Assembly: GCA_031409855.1 (NCBI GenBank)
Contig: JANNYA010000199.1
Location: forward strand, 4,697 to 68,696
DNA from: Rhodanobacteraceae bacterium
GTDB taxonomy: Bacteria > Pseudomonadota > Gammaproteobacteria > Xanthomonadales > SZUA-5
Length of the DNA stretch: 64,000 bases
Direction: 5' to 3'
This document shows, piece by piece, positions 63,063-64,000 of this stretch (position 1 is the stretch's first letter; every line of letters begins with the position of its first letter). The position numbers and the translations under genes were made by a program. The notes beneath the pieces were generated by a model. The model worked only from the letters and a program-made list of their open reading frames with translations. It made no database searches and was not told the origin of the DNA.

Positions 63063-64000
63063 TCAGGCGCGCAGTTTGCTCGAACTGCGTTCTGGTAGGG
63101 GCAAGGTCAACTTATATTCGGCCAGTGTTTGCGCCAAGCCATCGCGCCAATCGGGCAGGCGAATATCAAATTCGCGGGCAATTTTAGAGTTGCTCAACAA
63201 TGAATACCGTGGTCGTGGCGCTTTTGCCGCAAACACTTTGCTCGAAACTGGCGTGGTTTTGGGTGCTTCAGGCAACAAGCCAAGCACGAATGCTTGATGA
63301 AAAATTTCGTTGGCGAACTCAAACCAGTTGGTATGGCCGCCTGCAGTCAAGTGATAAGTTCCGGTGCGCGATTGGCCGGGCAAGGTCAGGTCTTGCAGCC
63401 AGCGCGAAATCATCGATGCAACCGCACCGGCGATCCAGCGAACCGGCGTTGGCGCGCCAATTTGATCGTTGACGATATTGATTGGCATTGGCTCGTCGCC
63501 ATTCGCACGCGCCTCAAGTTGTGCACCACCCAAGCGCAGCATGGTGCGCATAAAGTTGTTGCCGCGTGCGGCATACAGCCATTGGGTACGAAGAATCCAA
63601 TGTGCGCACTCACTATCAATAATTGCCAGGTCACCGCGCAATTTGCTACTGCCGTAAACCGATTGCGGCGCAGTCGGATCGCGCTCGGTCCAGGGGATTT
63701 GATTTTCCCCGGAATAGACGTAATCGGTGGAAAAATGCACCAGCATCGCGCTGAGTTCGCGGGCTTTGCGGCCTAGCATTGCGACGGCATTGGTATTGAT
63801 CGCTTGTGCGCGCACAGGCTCCGATTGCGCCTGATCCACTGCGGTGTAGGCGGCGGCGTTGACGATCACATGCGGGCGAATTTGCTCAAGCAGGGTCGAG
63901 GCGGCATCTGCATCATTTAAATCCAAGTGCAAACAGGGATAACCCGCCGGGCATTTGCTGTTGCGCGTAGTGATGCTGACATCACCAAAAATCGACAGCG
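63063..64000 (-). CDS. rfbD: dTDP-4-dehydrorhamnose reductase (5' end beyond the right window edge)
   Basis: Contains IVNAAAYTAVDQAQSEP, FSTDYVYSG and YGSSKLRGD (YxxxK). The reading frame stays open upstream of the track's TTG start to position 64000 (..LSIFGDVSITTRNSKCPAGYPCLHLDLND..). Confidence 0.9.
   Translation of the reverse strand, partial: LSIFGDVSITTRNSKCPAGYPCLHLDLNDADAASTLLEQIRPHVIVNAAAYTAVDQAQSEPVRAQAINTNAVAMLGRKARELSAMLVHFSTDYVYSGENQIPWTERDPTAPQSVYGSSKLRGDLAIIDSECAHWILRTQWLYAARGNNFMRTMLRLGGAQLEARANGDEPMPINIVNDQIGAPTPVRWIAGAVASMISRWLQDLTLPGQSRTGTYHLTAGGHTNWFEFANEIFHQAFVLGLLPEAPKTTPVSSKVFAAKAPRPRYSLLSNSKIAREFDIRLPDWRDGLAQTLAEYKLTLPLPERSSSKLRA

Overview
This 64-kb window looks like a chromosomal segment of a Gram-negative bacterium, probably a gammaproteobacterium. 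That assignment is inferred from gene content only: mrcA (ponA) sits divergent from pilMNOPQ, there is a fused aspartokinase/DAP-decarboxylase of the kind annotated in Xanthomonadales-type genomes, and there is an alpha-2-macroglobulin + PBP1C pair. I can support about 52 protein genes, one tRNA-Arg(CCU), five rho-independent terminators and three MITE/REP-type palindromic repeats. I saw no rRNA, CRISPR array, integrase, transposase or reverse transcriptase. The backbone is housekeeping: tmk, PBP1A, ppc, proS, a transsulfuration enzyme, lysC-lysA, a tesA-like esterase, the MoxR-DUF58-TgpA operon, two PhbB-like reductases and rmlD. Small, visibly AT-richer accessory islets interrupt it. Main leads:
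1. The pilMNOPQ operon does not end at pilQ; it appears to continue into a ~1024-aa Ig-repeat lipoprotein gene.
2. tRNA-Arg and a degenerate partial copy of its 3' half bracket a 1-kb hicAB micro-island.
3. A nested MITE with an 8-bp target-site duplication lies upstream of a Hanks-type Ser/Thr kinase module, and a second copy of its inner double hairpin lies between the alpha-2-macroglobulin and pbpC genes.
4. A PP-loop-like protein of unknown role is translationally coupled to lysC-lysA.
5. An islet carries a PIN/RHH toxin-antitoxin pair, a GYF-PrsW fusion protease and a DUF4279-like gene.
6. An ATP-grasp-like gene is split by a frameshift next to a (GC)4 tract.
7. There are four type II toxin-antitoxin pairs in total.
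All family calls rest on motifs I recognised by eye in the translations. No database search was possible.
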